The position numbers and the translations under genes are program-made. 64,000 bases of DNA from Podarcis bocagei (Eukaryota). This document shows, one piece after another, positions 13,864 through 28,214 of this stretch. How positions within the stretch are numbered: position 1 is the first letter of the stretch; every line of letters starts with the position of its first letter. The stretch lies in NCBI GenBank assembly GCA_964188305.1, contig OZ076902.1, one strand, 5' to 3'. The notes under the pieces were generated by a model. That model saw nothing but the letters and a program-made list of their open reading frames with translations, did not search any database and was not told the origin of the DNA.

Positions 13864-14493
13864 CTCACTGATACTAGCTGTGCATTCAGGAGTCTTTTGC
13901 TGATGTTGCAGCTGAGGGAGGAGGCTGGGTGGGTGGGAATCCTTGAATATATATTTAATGCAGACAATTTCCATTGCCTCCCTCCATCCTTCTTCGCCTG
14001 CACACACATGCACCCACAGAGAGAGCGCTGCTTTCAAACTAGCAGCAGTTTTGCTTCTCAGAAAGCGTCCACCCTTAATCCTACCAGGGACTCTTATTCT
14101 GATAGCGCCTGCCTGCTTCTGCTTCTGGGATCTTGTGTTGTTTTTTTGACACGCCTCTGGAGAATTCAGATGTTCTGCCAGCAGTGCTGAAAAATTTCAG
14201 GCCTTATTTTTCTTGGACCCAGTCCCGAGCAAAGAGAGTAGAGGTTTGGTTTATTTTTGTTATTGTTATTATTATTATTATTCCAACTAGAAGCTGATGT
14301 TTGGGGGTCAGAAGGAATGCACTGAATAGCCCGCCTTGGGTTCTTTCCAAAGAGCTCCCTCATTTGTCCATGGGGTAGGCTAAAAATAGGGTGGTGTTCC
14401 TTCTGACAAAAGGTTTCCACCAGAGGTTTTGCAGTGGGATTTTGCCTATCCTCTGCTCTTACTCCAGATCAGTGGACTTGAGTGGGCCTAAAC

Positions 14494-14631
14494 CAGGCTT
14501 CCTCAACCTTGGCCCTCCAGATGTTTTTGAGACTACAATTCCCATCATCCCTGACCACTGGTCCTGCTAGCTAGGGATCATGGGAGTTGTAGGCCAAAAA
14601 AACTCCGGAGGGCTGAGGTTGAGGAAGCCTG
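14494..14631. mobile_element. Palindromic hAT-type MITE
   Basis: TIR caggcttcctcaacct; 8-bp TSD gcctaaac. Confidence 0.9.
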
Positions 14632-15909
14632 GCCTAAACCCAAGACCCACCTTTGACTCACAACCTGCAACATGGGACCCACTTTCACATTTTCACTTTT
14701 GATTTATACATAATAATGCTGATGCACATTATTAATCCTAAAATGGTGATGCACTGAGAAACATACCTCAGCATTACTACTAAATGAAAAGCAGCGCTCC
14801 AGCTCAGGGTTCCAGCCAGCCCTGCCCTCTCCCACTGGGCTCCACACCTGCATGGTGGGGTTAATAACACCAGCTTCCCTTTGAGGACTGTTTTTAGGAT
14901 TACTGAGGATTAGTGGATGTGCAGCACTTTGAAATCCAGGGCTGCATACACACCCCGTGCATTTGAAAGCACATGGCTCTTCCCCACAAAGAATACCATG
15001 AACTGTAGTTTGTTGAGGGTGCTGGGAATTTTAGCTTGGAGTAAACTGCAGTTCCCAGGATTCCATGTACTGGGCTGTATGTATGCACTCCAGAAGGGAC
15101 AATGTGTGTTATAATTAAGCACCTGCTTTTCCCCGTTGCCCACTTTATTTAGCAATATGCTATAGAAACAAGGAATTGTTCCCACCCACCCCATTCTGTT
15201 CAGTGATTCAGCCCCCTCTCTAAAAAATACATATTTTTACTAATTGCAAAGCTTGCGTGGTTTACAGTTTACATTTCCTCATTTCACATTCCTAACATGT
15301 TGCGGGGAAACTCCATAATGAGATCTACAGGCGTCTTTAAGTATTGTCAAAAGGAGCAGATAGTACCTGGTTCCAAGCACGTCTGTCTCTGACAAAACTG
15401 GTTTTGGATTCTGCTGCTTCTTTTTAGAGGGAATGATGTCTTTGCCCCAAAATAGGCCGTGCTGATTTTAGTCAAGAAGCTGCATATTTGCTGGATTCTT
15501 TGATATGGCGCTCAAAACGAGTATAAGCGTCTGTCTATTTTTTGCTGAACTGCTCCAGAGGTGCTTTATACTAGGGTTGTCTAAAAGCCTTCCCCATGTA
15601 GACAAAGCTGCGAGGCCTTGGGAGCCCCATGGACACTCTGGGACCACCTGGTCCCGCAACATTTCTGAAACTGAAGTTAGTATAGAGCTGGTTGCTCTCT
15701 TGGATTGGGGAGCCCTACCGTTAAAATAGGGAAATGAACATTGTGGCTTGGGTCCACAGATCCTCTTCAGTTGGCATTGAAGTCTGTTCCACTCCCGTAG
15801 CTCAGGGCAGAGCATGCACAATCCCGGCATCTCCAGGTAGGGCTGCCTGAAACCATGGGGAGCTGCTGCCAGTCAGTGTCCTAGATGGACCCGATGGTCT
15901 GACTCAGTA

Positions 15910-16151
15910 CAGTGGTACCTTGGTACTCGAATGGCTTGGCTCCCGAACAAATCGGCTCCCAAACGCCGCAAACCCAGAAGTAAGTGTTCCTGTTTGCAAA
16001 CGTTTTTTGGAAGCTGAATGTCCAACACTGCTCCCACTTAAGTGCAGGAAGCTCCCGCAGCCAATCAGAAGCCACGCCTTGGTTTTTAAATGGTTTCAGG
16101 AGTCAAACGGACTCCCAGAATGGATTAAGTTTGAGAACCAAGGTACCACTG
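15910..16151. mobile_element. Tc1/pogo-type MITE nested in a SINE
   Basis: TIR cagtggtaccttgg / ccaaggtaccactg, TA TSD; interrupts the SINE tail gactcagTA..TAaggcag. Confidence 0.88.
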
Positions 16152-16956
16152 TATAAGGCAGTTTCCTGTGTTCCTAGAAGGGCTGCCTCTGAGCGTTGCC
16201 CGAAAAATGATGGCAACCCAGAGAAGCTCTTCCACCTGCGCAATGTGTTGTGCAAAACTTTGCACATACATAATTTTATTTGTAGATCGCCTTTCCACAG
16301 TTCAAACCATGTTCAAGGCAGCTTACAACATGAAAAAAATTCATGACTACGACATAACGAAAGTGGTCATAAGCAATAAATAAAACGTTTTAAAAATACA
16401 CAACCAAACTTAATGGTTTCCACGTGAATCACAACAAGATCTAAAATAAAGATATAAAAGAATAACAGCAACACCTCTCTCTGCAACAGCAACACCCCAG
16501 CTCAAGAGTCTCCCCAGCAGTCTCAGCTTTTTGTAGCTGGAGTCAGCCAGGGCTCTCCCCTCCCAGGCCTGGTGGAAAAGGCCTGCCAGGCAGGGAGCAT
16601 GTCTTCCAGGACTCCCATGCCCTTTTCAACATCATCTTAATGGCCCCCTGGATTCTATGTGCCACATCTTTGTATCTTCTGTTTTCCATCACAAGTGTAA
16701 CACACTGAACAGCGCTAAGAAATGTTCTCCTTCCCCTCGTGGCTCTTTGGATCCAGGCCAATAAATGTTTACGTTTAAAAACACACACAAAAAAAAATAA
16801 GATCAAAACCGTCCTCTGGTGCTCTTGTAACAAAGGCTTTTCTTCATTAGGCTCTGTCAGGCATAAATCAAACCTTCCTTTCTGGGAAAAATGCAAATTT
16901 TTATTCTGCTGTTGTCTTGCAAAGCGATAAAGAACACTTATTTCTTTTCTTTCCAG

Positions 16957-17002
16957 TTGTATAAAAAGCCAGACGTCCCGCTTTATAAAAAAATCCGTTC
17001 TA
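16957..17002 (+). CDS. ASH1L: ASH1L 46-nt exon (LYKKPDVPLYKKIRS)
   Basis: ttccag|TTG acceptor, A|gtaagt donor. Confidence 0.95.
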
Positions 17003-17259
17003 GTAAGTAGCTTTGTGTTTATATAGCCCTGGTTTTATGGTTTCCTCAATTGTGGAGCCTTGCCAGCCTTTTATCTCCACTTGACCGCACCCTCTTTGAC
17101 CTCCTGGCAGTAGCCCCGCTCCTAGGCTGCCGCCTTTTACTCTTTTCTCTATGGACTGAGGTCAACGGGGTGGGCGAGCCGAGAGAGAGGTTTGTAGACT
17201 GGGAGGAGCTCTGTTTCAGAAGCTGATAGATACTTTTCACTCCTCCTTTCCCTCTGCAG

Positions 17260-17368
17260 ACGTCTATGTGGATGTGAAGCCTCTTTCTGGCTACGAGGCC
17301 ACGACCTGCAACTGCAAGAAGGCCGAGGATGGCAACAGAAATGGCTGTTTGGATGACTGCTTGAACAG
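17260..17368 (+). CDS. ASH1L: ASH1L exon, start of AWS domain ([26 protein letters not shown])
   Basis: tgcag|AC acceptor, AG|gtgagt donor. Confidence 0.96.
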
Positions 17369-17974
17369 GTGAGTTGCAGGGCCGCAACATAATTAATGCT
17401 GCAACCGAAGACATGTCCGTGCGCACACACAGAATCACTGGAAATTAAAGAGACCTGCTTCTCACAAGTAGCAAGGTGAGACAGCCAGCATGCATTGGGT
17501 GCACTATTTTCAGACTACATAAAAAGCCCTGGGTGTCCAAACCCTCACTTCAGCCTTAACTTAAATACTGCTAAGCCCTACTCACGGTATAATCATTGAG
17601 ATTAATGGGCAGGCTTAATTTAGGTCCGTTAATTTAAGCTGGGAACATTTTTGAGCTGGATACAAAACTGCATACCCGGCCATGGCTAATTGTCAGGGTT
17701 TTGTTTGAATTCAGTCCAACAACAACAACAACAACAACTTATTTATTATTTTTATGCCACCCATCTGGCTGGGTTTTATAATTTCCAAAAAATTACAAAA
17801 CCACAGTAAAACATCACACATCAAAAACTTCCCTACACAGGGCTTCCTGACCTACCTCGCAGAGTTGTTGTTAGGGAAATGTGGGCAGCAGAGAACCATA
17901 TGTACGGCGCTGAGCTAGTTGGAGGGGAGCGTGGATAAAAACGTGGTTTTTTTTTTAATAAACCCTGAAAATGA

Positions 17975-18537
<563 letters not shown>

Positions 18538-18800
18538 TAAGGGCTCCAGAGGGGGTCGCCTTGCTAGTTTTCATTGCTTTTGCTATGGCAACAACAGAGC
18601 CTTTTAGTACCTTTATAAAACTGATGGCCTACGCTTGTGTGCATCCGCGTGTACAGCACTTGGTTTATTTTAAAGTGCTGCACACAGAACCCTAAAAGAA
18701 CAGTGTCTGCCTGAAGGTTGGGGTCCCTCTTCTTTCTCCCCTGCCTCACTCTCTGCCCCAGTTCTGAGTAGAGCTGTCAACCAGTTTAGAGGGTGTAGAC

Positions 18801-19062
18801 CGGGGGTAGGCAACCTAAGGCCCATAAGCGGCTCATGGGGGTTTAACTGGCCCATGAGCTGCCCCCGAACTGAGCCGCCCTCTCGGCGAGTCCCCGCGTG
18901 CTGCGCTAAACCGGCGCAGCGCAGGGACTCACTTCCGTGGTGCCGGAAATCATGTCTGCGCAGGCACCAGAAATTGTGGGGGCGCATGCTCACAATCCGG
19001 CCCACAGAGGGATCTCCGCTGGAGTGAACCGGCTCAGGCGAGGTAAACCTTGCCGGCCCCTG
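18801..19062. mobile_element. hAT-type MITE
   Basis: c(g)ggggtaggcaacc..ttgccggcccctg; 8-bp TSD gtgtagac. Confidence 0.85.
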
Positions 19063-19262
19063 GTGTAGACGGACACCATCTCCCATTCCAGCTGGTCATC
19101 TTAAGAACAGTTGTGTCACTTTTTAAGATCTGATGCCTGCTGCTCTGTCAGACCCAGGGAAGCTGTGGTTACAAGCGGACTGAGCCACAATTCCACCCCT
19201 TTCCTGAAGCACTGTTTTTTTTGGGGGGGTGGGGGGGAGATTGGTTTCCAACTGAGGTATAA

Positions 19263-19538
<276 letters not shown>

Positions 19539-20067
19539 TAGTCCCTCCTTATTGGTACAAGTTGGAGGCACAAATGTATGAGATGCCCCGTGAGATCACT
19601 TTGATCACCTGGGAAATTCAGTTAATGCACCCTGCAGACTTTCATGGAACGCTTGCCTAAAAAGGGCCCCTCAAATTATAGCAGCCAGTATACCAAGACA
19701 CCTCATTTAAGCAGATGTAGACACCCAAGATACCCAGCTTGACCCCGCCGTTGGCCCTAACATCTGCTACTGTCGCCCTGCCAGGAGCAGGCGGTATGGT
19801 GGAGTCAGGGAAGGGCAAAGGTGAGGCAGAGGTGCTCACCCAACAGCAGCAATGGCAGAAAGCTTCTCACCTGAGAGAAGGAGCCCCAGTTTGCCCATAT
19901 ACAGAGTGGGCAGGCCAAAAGTCCAGGGAATTAGAACACCTAGCACCATAAGACATGCCTCTTATTTGAGCACAGTAACAGGATCTTAGCTCACCAGAGA
20001 GTGGCCATGAGATCCCCACATAATCCTCCATGCGTAAAGGATAGATCCACTCAGGTTGTCAAATTGA

Positions 20068-20547
<480 letters not shown>

Positions 20548-20709
20548 TGAGTGTGGTTGAGAGCTCGTATTTGGCGTGCAGAAGGCGCCAGGTTCAATGT
20601 CCGACATCTCTGTTTTAAAAAGCATAGTGGGTAGCAGTGGTCTCATCTAGTGCGGGACCACTTCATGTGCCCAGTTTGTTTGACTTTTCTTTCAATAATC
20701 TGGTTGCTA

Positions 20710-21163
20710 CCCTGTTTCCCCGAAAATAAGACAGTGTCTTATATTAATTTTTGCTCCCAAAGATGCGCTAGGTCTTATTTTCGGGGGATGTCTTACTTTT
20801 GGGGAAAGACAGTAATTGTGAGTCAGCCAGACTCCGTCAGGGCAGAGTGAGCAGCAGGCGGCAGTTTGTCCTGGCAGCAGCGTGGGCTCTCTGATTTAAA
20901 GAGACCTCGCATTGCCTGAACAGCTCCAGCTGTGCTGCGGCCAATCAGCGAGCTACGTGGCAGCGCCTGCCGCTACGGTCCAGAGGAGTCAGACGCCTTA
21001 CAGTAGCTTATGGGGCGTTATATTCCGGGGAGGCCTTATGTTCGGGGGAGGCTTTATTATCGGGGAGGTCTTATTTGGGGGGAGATGCCTTATATTACAG
21101 TGAGAGGCAAAACGGGAAGTAGGTCTTATTTTGGGGGGATGTCTTACTTTCAGGGAAAGACAG
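20710..21163. mobile_element. Tc1/pogo-type MITE with duplicated right end
   Basis: cctgtttccccgaaaataagac / gtcttactttcagggaaagacag, TA flanks; second right end near 20790-20813. Confidence 0.75.
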
Positions 21164-22085
21164 TACTTGTGGCAACGATCTAACGCAGGGCGGCCCAACT
21201 TTCCATACCAAGTGTGCCTCAAGAGTAGTTGTGGCATGGAACCCATGGGCTGCACTCTGCCTTGTCATGTATGGGGAGAGAGCAAGCCCAGAATTCGGTG
21301 CCCCCTCCCCAGCCCTCACGCTGCCTTCCCGAAGCTGGGTAAACACTGCACTTGGCTTTGGGAAGGAGGAGGGAGATCTCTAGGACCCTGTCTGAGCCCT
21401 CACACCTCCTTCCTGAAGCCCAGGGCCTCAGTTACCTGGATTTGGGAAGGTAGTGTGAGGACTTGGGGAGCATCAAAAGTTGCCGGTGACCTCCAAAAGA
21501 GGCATGAGGGCATTGGACCACCCTGATATAGTCATGCAGGAACGGGGAACTTAATACTCTCTCGGAAAAAAACTTGGGCTCCCCCTTCCAGGACATCTCT
21601 TCACTCATGTTACTGCTCACCACCATAGGGGGTCTCTCTTCCTCACCAGCTGGGATGCTTCTGTCCACCATGATTGGACAGAATCAGACTTTACAAAATG
21701 AGGGTGGGGTGGGATGCGCATGTAACACGTGCTTCCTGTTCTGCATGCTTCTCCACCCAGACCCAAATCAACCTCCTGCTGGTAATGAGAGAACAGCATG
21801 GACATGCCCATTCCAATAATGGTTTTGAATGAGAGGAACAAAGTGGGGGGCCCCCTCTTGCTTCATGTACTTACCTTAACTTCCACCCTCCCCTCCCCTC
21901 TTTATTATAAGCATTTAAGCCCTGAAAGGGAAAGAATCTTGCCTGCGTTGGGCAGCTCAGCTATACACTGAGTAGGGATTTGAACCTGCCCGACCCAAGT
22001 TCAGGATTCTAACCACTGTCTTTTTGCAGTTGGCTTTCTTTGTTCTTGGATTCTCTTCTCAAGAGGGGTTTGTTTTGTTTTGCAG

Positions 22086-22180
22086 AAGGGTCACGTTCCT
22101 GAGGAGCCCAGTGAAAGCTCAAGTACCCCGACTCGGCTGACACCGCAGCTCCAAATGAAGCCCATGTCCAACAGGGAAAG
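22086..22180 (+). CDS. ASH1L: ASH1L exon ([24 protein letters not shown])
   Basis: tgcag|AAG acceptor, AG|gtgagg donor. Confidence 0.94.
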
Positions 22181-22255
22181 GTGAGGAAGAAGGGCAGCTT
22201 CATTCCCTTGTCTCTTCCCAACAAGCTTCCCTCCCCCAGGGGGCATGAGCTAGAT

Positions 22256-22395
22256 CAGGCTTCCTCAACCTCGGCCCTCCAGATGTTTTTGGCCTACAAC
22301 TCCCATGATCCCTAGCTAGCAGGACCAGTCAGTGATCAGGGATGATAGGAATTGTAGTCTCAAAACATCTGGAGGGCCGAGGTTGAGGAAGCCTG
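22256..22395. mobile_element. Palindromic hAT-type MITE
   Basis: Same TIR; 8-bp TSD agctagat. Confidence 0.9.
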
Positions 22396-22545
22396 AGCTA
22401 GATCTTCCCCAAAGCTGCATTTTGGCTCAGTTATTTCATTTTGATGTAAGAAATTTCTTCCCTGCCTTTTGTCATCAGAAAGTAAGAATAACCTATCATT
22501 AGAGTCCTTTCCAACTCTGAAATTCTATGATTCTATGAAACTACC

Positions 22546-22788
22546 TCCTGCCAACCTAGCAGTTCGAAAGCACATCAAAGTGCAAGTAGATAAATAGGTA
22601 CCGCTCAGGTGGGAAGGTAAATGGCGTTTCCATGCGCTGCTCTGGTTCGCCAGAAGCGGCTTAGTCATGCTGGCCACATGACCCGGAAGCTGTTCGTCGG
22701 CTCCCTTGGCCAATAAAGCGAGATGAGCGCCGCAACCCCAGAGTCGTCCGCGACTGGGCCTAATGGTCAGGGGTCCCTTTACCTTTAC
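22546..22788 (+). mobile_element. Sauria SINE, 5' truncated
   Basis: Same body and tail as the 34900 copy; 13-bp TSD ctatgaaactacc. Confidence 0.9.
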
Positions 22789-24065
22789 CTATGAAACTAC
22801 CACAGGATGGTTTGCAACATAATAGCATAAGCAACTTCATTTATTAGATTTTAATTTTTTTACCCACACTTTATCATATATATTTTTATTTAACAAAATG
22901 TATATACCACTTGATTGTAATGATACCTTGTAAGCGGTTTACAGGAAATATTAAAATTATGAGTAAAAACAATAAATTATCAATAAAAACATTTAGAAAA
23001 CTGTTAGCATCAACAGTAAACTAAAAAGAGATTGAAACATATCACCATCCACATTTAGACTTGCCCAAACCAAAGTGGTTTCAGCAGGTCTCATAAGGTC
23101 CCAGGGCAGGTTACAGCAATAAAGTGCACACTTGTAAAACAAATGAAATAGTTACCACCGTAAAACAAGAAAATTGTAAAAACTAATTGAAACAGTTCCA
23201 TGTATTGAAAGCAGTGCAAACATTTGAAAACAATTCCATATATAAGAACAGTTAAGATAGTCCCAGTACAGATGCAGACTGTTTGCAAATACAGTACAAA
23301 AATATGCATTCAGTATTCTCTCTCCCTCTCTCTACATAAAAACCTGTATATATAATTTCATAATTATTACTGATAATAATCACTAATACGTGATATCAGG
23401 TAATACACAGTAGTACGTAATACATGATGGGCAATACTTAACAAGCAGCTGTGTGAAATTATTCACACCTCATGCCATCCCACAATTGAGAAAGCTTTAG
23501 CTATGACTTTGCACAATGTTCTAAACCATGGTTTGCAAACGGCTGGCCAATAAGGATTTTTTAAAAAAGTGGTTTGGTGAGATGTTAGAATTGACAAACC
23601 ACAGACTCATTGCTGCCTCCCCAGAGACAACTGCATTATATAAAAGCTGAATGGGTGGGGAAATGGAAGCAGACAAGCAGGTCTAAATCATGGCTTTATT
23701 AAGATGCTCAGGCTGTGATTATGTGTTCCAAATCACGATCAGAACGAATCATGGATTGGTAGGTCTGAGTCGAGCCTTTCTACAGAAATGGCACAACCCT
23801 TGCTTTTAACCTGTGCCTCCCTGGCATCTGTCTGAAGCTTCCCCTACTTGGTCTTTATTCCTGACCCTTCCTCCTCCTCCTCCTCTTCCCAGTCTGATCT
23901 CGTGTAGATTCCAACCCCTTAGAGCAGGGATCTCTCACTACTAAGCTGTGGCGATGTGCTGCAAATATCCCGCAGCAGCCAACCTCGGAAGGCGAAGAAA
24001 GCCTTTTATTTCAGCCCCCACCTCTTCTCTTCCCCATCCCTCATCTTTATTTGTGCTTCCCCAAG

Positions 24066-24223
24066 GAATTTTGTGCTGAAGCATCATGTTTTCTTGGTGC
24101 GCAATTGGGAGAAGATCCGGCAGAAGCAAGAGGAGGTCAAGCACGCCAGCGACAACCTTCAGTCCGCCTCGTTATACACCCGCTGGAATGGGATGTGTCG
24201 GGATGATGGCAATATAAAATCTG
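24066..24223 (+). CDS. ASH1L: ASH1L exon ([24 protein letters not shown])
   Basis: ccaag|G acceptor, G|gtcagt donor. Confidence 0.95.
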
Positions 24224-24799
24224 GTCAGTGCCCCTGTTGCAACTGGTGTGAATCTCCCAGCCTTTCTCCATGTCTCCTGGATAAGCGATAAGCATTCCGT
24301 GAACCTTAACCTTTCTGAAATCAGTCTTGCAAAAAGTTGCCATCCTGTCTGTCTCAGATATTTGTGACCTAATGAACCAAGCTTGAACCTCCTTTTCCGA
24401 GTCGCCTAAAAGCGATTCTGCCTTGCCACAAGCAATTGGACAAGCAGTGCCCTGACCACATTTTACCCTTTGCGTTGCATTCAACTAAAATTTGATATCC
24501 AGCAGCAGTGGCATGATATATTCAAAGCCCCCACTCTGTACAATGAGAGTTGCTGGTTTTTAAGTCCCTCAGACATACATGTTGTTCAGAGGAGAGGAAA
24601 TGGGAAGGTAGCTCAGTAGCAGATCAGGAAGTCGCAGGTTCTCTAGTTAGCTGCCTCCCAGTAGGGTTGAGAAAGACGGAAACCCTGGAGAGCTGCTGCC
24701 TGTCAGCGCAGACAAAACCAAACTAATTGGGCCGGTTGCTTCCTGTGTTCCTGCGGGCTTCGACTAAAGAGGCGTCTCTTCCTCCCCTCTCTTTTTCAG

Positions 24800-24952
24800 A
24801 TGTCTTCATGACACAGTTCTCTGCCCTGCAGACTGCCCGCTCAGTGCGGACACGGCGGCTGGCTGCGGCCGAGGAGAACATCGAAGTGGCGCGGGCCGCA
24901 CGCCTCGCGCAAATCTTCAAGGAGATCTGCGACGGGATCATCTCGTACAAAG
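24800..24952 (+). CDS. ASH1L: ASH1L exon ([20 protein letters not shown])
   Basis: ttcag|AT acceptor, G|gtgatg donor. Confidence 0.96.
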
Positions 24953-25801
24953 GTGATGGCTGCCAAGGAGCTGATCATTTGACAGGCTCCACAATCCTGT
25001 GTTGCTGGGTTTCCAGAGGGAGGAGAGCTTGAGTGTAGGATTTCAGGGGTTCAGTGATGAGTGGCTCATGGGTGAGAGCAGAAGCTACTTTGGGGGAAGG
25101 CTTTGCATCCCTGGCATCTTCAGATGGGGCTGGGAAGGACCCCGGTCTGAAAAGCTGCAGAACTGCTGCCCAGCCAGTGTCAGCAGTGACACTGAGCGAG
25201 GTGGACCCAGTGGTCTGATCCTGTATTAGGCAGTTTCTCATACACTTCCTTGGCTTTTGCAGCATTTGCTGTGGGGTGGCCAGCCTCTGTCTCTCCGTCC
25301 GTCACCCATGAGGACTGTCCAGTGTTTGATACACATGCTGCTCCCACCTCCTTAGTCTTGAATTGTAAAGAGCTGTAGCAGAAGGGGCTGTAGCTCTAGA
25401 AGTAGTGGACAGAATTTGAGGGAGGGGGGAAGGGAGTACACAGCGGGTGGAGGAAATTCATTGGAACACCAGAAGAGCCTGTCTGCTGGATCAGACCAAA
25501 AGGCCCATCTATCTTGCCGTGGCCCCACCTGAGCCCACAAGAAGGGCATGAACTCGAACAGCACTTGCCAAAAGGGCCCATTTTAAGAAACGGTAAATTG
25601 CATTGCCTCTTAATTTTGGCTTGTGATGTAGCTGTGACTTAGGCAAGTCAGGGACTAAGGGGCACGTGCTTCTTTCCCACATATAGTTCCTCATAATTTC
25701 TCCTTCCAAATAACGCCCACCCACCCCAAAAACTACCCAAGACCAACCATACTGTAAAACCCCTGTGGCAACTGCTCTGCATCCCTCTGCTTCCCTTACA
25801 G

Positions 25802-25856
25802 ATTCCTCCAGACAGCTGCTTGCAACTCCTTTGCTGAATCTTCCCCCGAAGAAAAA
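25802..25856 (+). CDS. ASH1L: ASH1L exon, bromodomain (DSSRQLLATPLLNLPPKKK)
   Basis: tacag|AT acceptor, AA|gtaggt donor. Confidence 0.94.
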
Positions 25857-25983
25857 GTAGGTTTTTAGCATTCTCCGAAGGGGGAGTGGTGGAGAATCTG
25901 TGATTTTACAAATAGATTTCATGTCATTCCTCAAATACGGGCTTATCAGTAACCTTTCACATTTCCACCCCTGCCTGGTATAG

Positions 25984-26116
25984 AAACGCAGATTACTATG
26001 AGAAGATCTCCGACCCCCTTGATCTCACCACCATCGAGAAGCAGATCTTGACAGGCTACTACAAAACTGTGGAAGCTTTTGACGGCGACATGCTGAAGGT
26101 CTTCCGCAACACCGAA
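25984..26116 (+). CDS. ASH1L: ASH1L exon, bromodomain ([24 protein letters not shown])
   Basis: tatag|A acceptor, GAA|gtgagt donor. Confidence 0.96.
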
Positions 26117-26628
26117 GTGAGTTTGCTGTTGTGTTGGCAGAGGAAGGCACTTGGTTCTAGCAGAGGGTCCCAGCTGGTCCTTTGAGAGTCAGGGTGTATT
26201 CATTAATTGCCTTCAATACAATTGTCTCTGAAATGCTCAAGTTCTGGGGTGGAGACCTTGCGACACCAAATAACATAGTAGAGGAAGGGCCTCAGGGGAG
26301 TGCCTTTCCACCACCCCACTCCTGAGAACCCCGCCTAACCCTAGTGAACTTATACAACTCCCATTCGAGGCTGGGCGGACTCTTGAATCAGAAGCCCTTG
26401 TGTCTTGCGGATACGCTGTAATGTTCTGTTGCAGTGCCCACTTGTTACTTGTGCTGGAAGAAAATGAACCAAGCTGGGAGGGACTGGTGGGTATGAAGGA
26501 GAAGGTGATGGGACCAGGGCAGAGGACGCCTATGTCAGAGTTTTATGGCAGCAAAGATTGGAGCAGAAAGGGCATTTCAGTGGGGCTGGGAAAGGCTCTG
26601 AGTTTCTGGACTTTTGTCTTCTGCGCAG

Positions 26629-26877
26629 AAGTACTATGGCAGGAAATCCCCGATTGGGCGGGACGTCTGCCGGCTGCGGAAGGCCTACTACAACGCCCGC
26701 CACGAGGCAGCTGCCCAGATCGATGAGATTGTCGGAGAGACGGCGAGCGAGGCGGACAGCAGCGAGACCTCCATGTGCGAGAAGGAGAGCGGGCACGAGA
26801 AGGACGAGGACGTGATCCGCTGCATCTGTGGCTTGTACAAGGACGAAGGGCTCATGATCCAGTGCGACAAGTGCATG
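26629..26877 (+). CDS. ASH1L: ASH1L exon, end of bromodomain / start of PHD ([30 protein letters not shown])
   Basis: cgcag|AAG acceptor, ATG|gtgagg donor. Confidence 0.97.
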
Positions 26878-27411
26878 GTGAGGGCAGGTTGTGCGCTCCT
26901 CTCCCTCACAAGACGGGGCTGCGTTCTTGCTGAAGATGAGACACGTGCTCACATGTAGCCCCTGTACCTGGCCCTGTTCTGTCAAAAAGCAAGGTCCAGA
27001 CCAATGGCTGGATTCCCTCCTCTGTAGCAGCCTGGTATTGGTGGGCCAGAGGAATCCGAACCTATTAGAACAGAGGTGAGCCCCCTGAGGCCCTTCCTCA
27101 TGCGCCTCCTCCACAAGAGGGCTGGAGGGTAGCAACACGGGAATGGGCCTTTTCTGTGGTGGCTCCCCATTCGTGGAACGCTCTCCCCAGGGAGGTTTGA
27201 CTGGCATCTTCATACACCTTTAGACGCCAAGTAGAAATTTCCTCTTCAACCAGGCCTTTGGCTAATTGACATTCGATGCCCTTTTAAATGTGTTGTGCGA
27301 GGGAGCAGTATTGGTTTGTTGATGGTCTTACCTTTACTATGAATTTTGTAGTTTTTATATTGTAATTTTATGTTGTGAACCACCCTGAGATCTACGGGTG
27401 AAGGGCGGCAC

Positions 27412-27462
<51 letters not shown>

Positions 27463-27490
27463 TAATAATTAATAATAATTAATAATAATA
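27412..27490. repeat. (AAT)n microsatellite
   Basis: Direct reading; similar tracts at 36120-36197 and 43155-43211. Confidence 0.95.
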
Positions 27491-27749
27491 TAGAATGAGT
27501 CAGACCACTGGCACATATGAGTCAGTATTTTCTACTCTGCTTGACATTGACTCTCTGGCATCTCAGGCAGAGAGCTTTATCCATCCCTGAGAATCTCTGA
27601 TTTTAAGATGCTGTAACATTGTTTTTAGGCTGCATTATTTGAGTTAAAAAATCTCAAAACTGTTCAGAAATGCTTTAAAATAAATAAAACTCATCTTCTG
27701 ATGCTTTGGGGTGGATCTCCTTTTCTAAAGTGTATATTTTCTCCTGTAG

Positions 27750-27836
27750 GTCTGGCAGCACTGTGACTGTATGGGGGTGAACTCTGACGTCGAACACTAC
27801 TTGTGTGAGCAGTGTGAACCTCGCACGGTGGATAGG
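27750..27836 (+). CDS. ASH1L: ASH1L exon, PHD ([25 protein letters not shown])
   Basis: tgtag|GTC acceptor, AGG|gtaagc donor. Confidence 0.97.
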
Positions 27837-28123
27837 GTAAGCCACCTTCGCTTGCCCAGAACTGGGCAGGGTGACTTTGAAACCCTCACGCCATTGGCCT
27901 CTTTATTTTTCACACAGCTGGGCTGTTTCAGTGGCTTTCTCCTCTAAGGAAGCCTGGGAATCATAGCCCTCCAGCGTTCAAGTGTTCTTCACAAAACCAC
28001 AGGCCCTAGGGTTCCATGGAGGGTGCAGGCTTTATTAGTGCTGCGTCTGCGTTCATCTTGGTTTCTAAACGTAGTCAGGATGACAAGACGTGTCAACGCC
28101 TTTTGCCTTTTTCTTTCTCGCAG

Positions 28124-28214
28124 GAGGTTCCTATGATTCCCCGACCTCATTACGCCCAGCCTGGCTGCGTTTACTTCATCTGTCTGTTACGGGACGATCT
28201 GTTGCTACGTCAAG
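28124..28214 (+). CDS. ASH1L: ASH1L exon ([30 protein letters not shown])
   Basis: cgcag|GAG acceptor, G|gtgagt donor. Confidence 0.96.

Noticed and set aside
13528-14190. PolyQ, polyL and polyS ORFs
   Set aside because: Translations of the CTG microsatellite
26530-27213. 227-aa minus ORF
   Set aside because: Antisense shadow of an ASH1L exon plus intron
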